Origin: Candidatus Bathyarchaeota archaeon
Lineage (GTDB): Archaea; Thermoproteota; Bathyarchaeia; Bathyarchaeales; DTEX01
DNA length: 64,000 bases
Direction: 5' to 3'
Assembly: GCA_963714275.1 (NCBI GenBank)
Contig: CAVQNT010000005.1
Span: forward strand, 127,284-191,283
Below the pieces are notes generated by a model, which ran no database searches, was not told where the DNA came from, and saw only the letters and a list, made by a program, of their open reading frames with translations. The translations under genes and the position numbers were made by a program. Position 1 is the first letter of the stretch. Every line of letters begins with the position of its first letter. This document shows positions 63,692-64,000 of the stretch, in pieces.

Positions 63692-63796
63692 TTATCGTTG
63701 AGCTTTCAGCACGTCGAGTATTCCGTTCGTGAATATGTCTTCACCTACATGGGCTGCTACGACCTTTCCGACAAACAATGTGTGATCTCCACTTCG
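63692..63796 (-). pseudogene. Flavin reductase-like C-terminal fragment
   Basis: RSGDHTLFVGKVVAAHV. Confidence 0.6.
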
Positions 63797-63930
63797 TGAT
63801 CAGACTTGAGCCTAATAGTATAGTCAGGTTTCTTTTTGCCGCTTGGTGAAGGCAACAAGGTCTCTGGAACGATCATGTACATTAAAGCTATGTGACATTT
63901 AGTAGCTTGAATCGTCTGGCCAACAGCTAT

Positions 63931-63953
63931 TGACTAGCGAGTTAGTTAGATAG
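63931..63953. repeat. 4-bp-periodic junction tract (TGACTAGCGAGTTAGTTAGATAG)
   Basis: Five consecutive nnAG units: CTAG CGAG TTAG TTAG ATAG. Confidence 0.75.
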
Positions 63954-63956
63954 AAT

Positions 63957-63998
63957 AAATATGCTTTCAGCTGTGGGATCGTCTGGCCGTTAGCTCTT
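63957..63998 (+). repeat. Dispersed repeat, copy C (cut by window edge)
   Basis: AAATATGCTTTCAGCTG(TG)GGATCGTCTGGCCGTTAGCTCTT. Confidence 0.8.
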
Positions 63999-64000
63999 AT

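Noticed and set aside
20176-63953. Junction tracts as a CRISPR array or integron attC sites
   Set aside because: No constant repeat with regular spacers, no cas or integrase gene, and no attC R-box (RYYYAAC/GTTRRRY) structure
20140-64000. A single integrated element (provirus or ICE) at tRNA-Glu
   Set aside because: No integrase, viral genes or duplicated tRNA 3' end seen in the window; the region looks like many small accretions

Overview
Archaeal DNA, most likely Bathyarchaeia (TACK): it carries rps25e, Sm, TBP, FtsZ, tetraether synthase, a Cren7-like protein and an intron-containing tRNA. Positions ~1-20 kb are mostly core genes, with a sugar-catabolism insert after tRNA-Arg. From tRNA-Glu (20.1 kb) to the end is a mosaic accessory region: glycoside hydrolase, copper export, ftsZ, TBP/SSB paralogues, an oxidative-stress/redox block and sugar kinase/dehydrogenase. 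Many genes are split by single-base indels, probably long-read errors, so 'frameshifted' does not imply pseudogene. The strongest unexplained signal is about 40 (counted by eye) short degenerate 4-bp-periodic tracts built from CTAG/TTAG/TGAG/TCAG/CTAA/CTCA units. They sit almost only at junctions between unrelated modules, often exactly where a gene is cut off (SOD, YHS, YkgJ, proteasome-like, HtrA-like and GNAT fragments). They look like scars of a repeated staggered-cut/fill-in rearrangement process whose enzyme is not in this window. Also present are a dispersed ~65-bp hairpin repeat (3 copies plus a partial one) and an ATTAAAATTTAAT palindrome in GT/AC-rich flanks (3 copies). Family calls come from motif recognition only; no searches were run.
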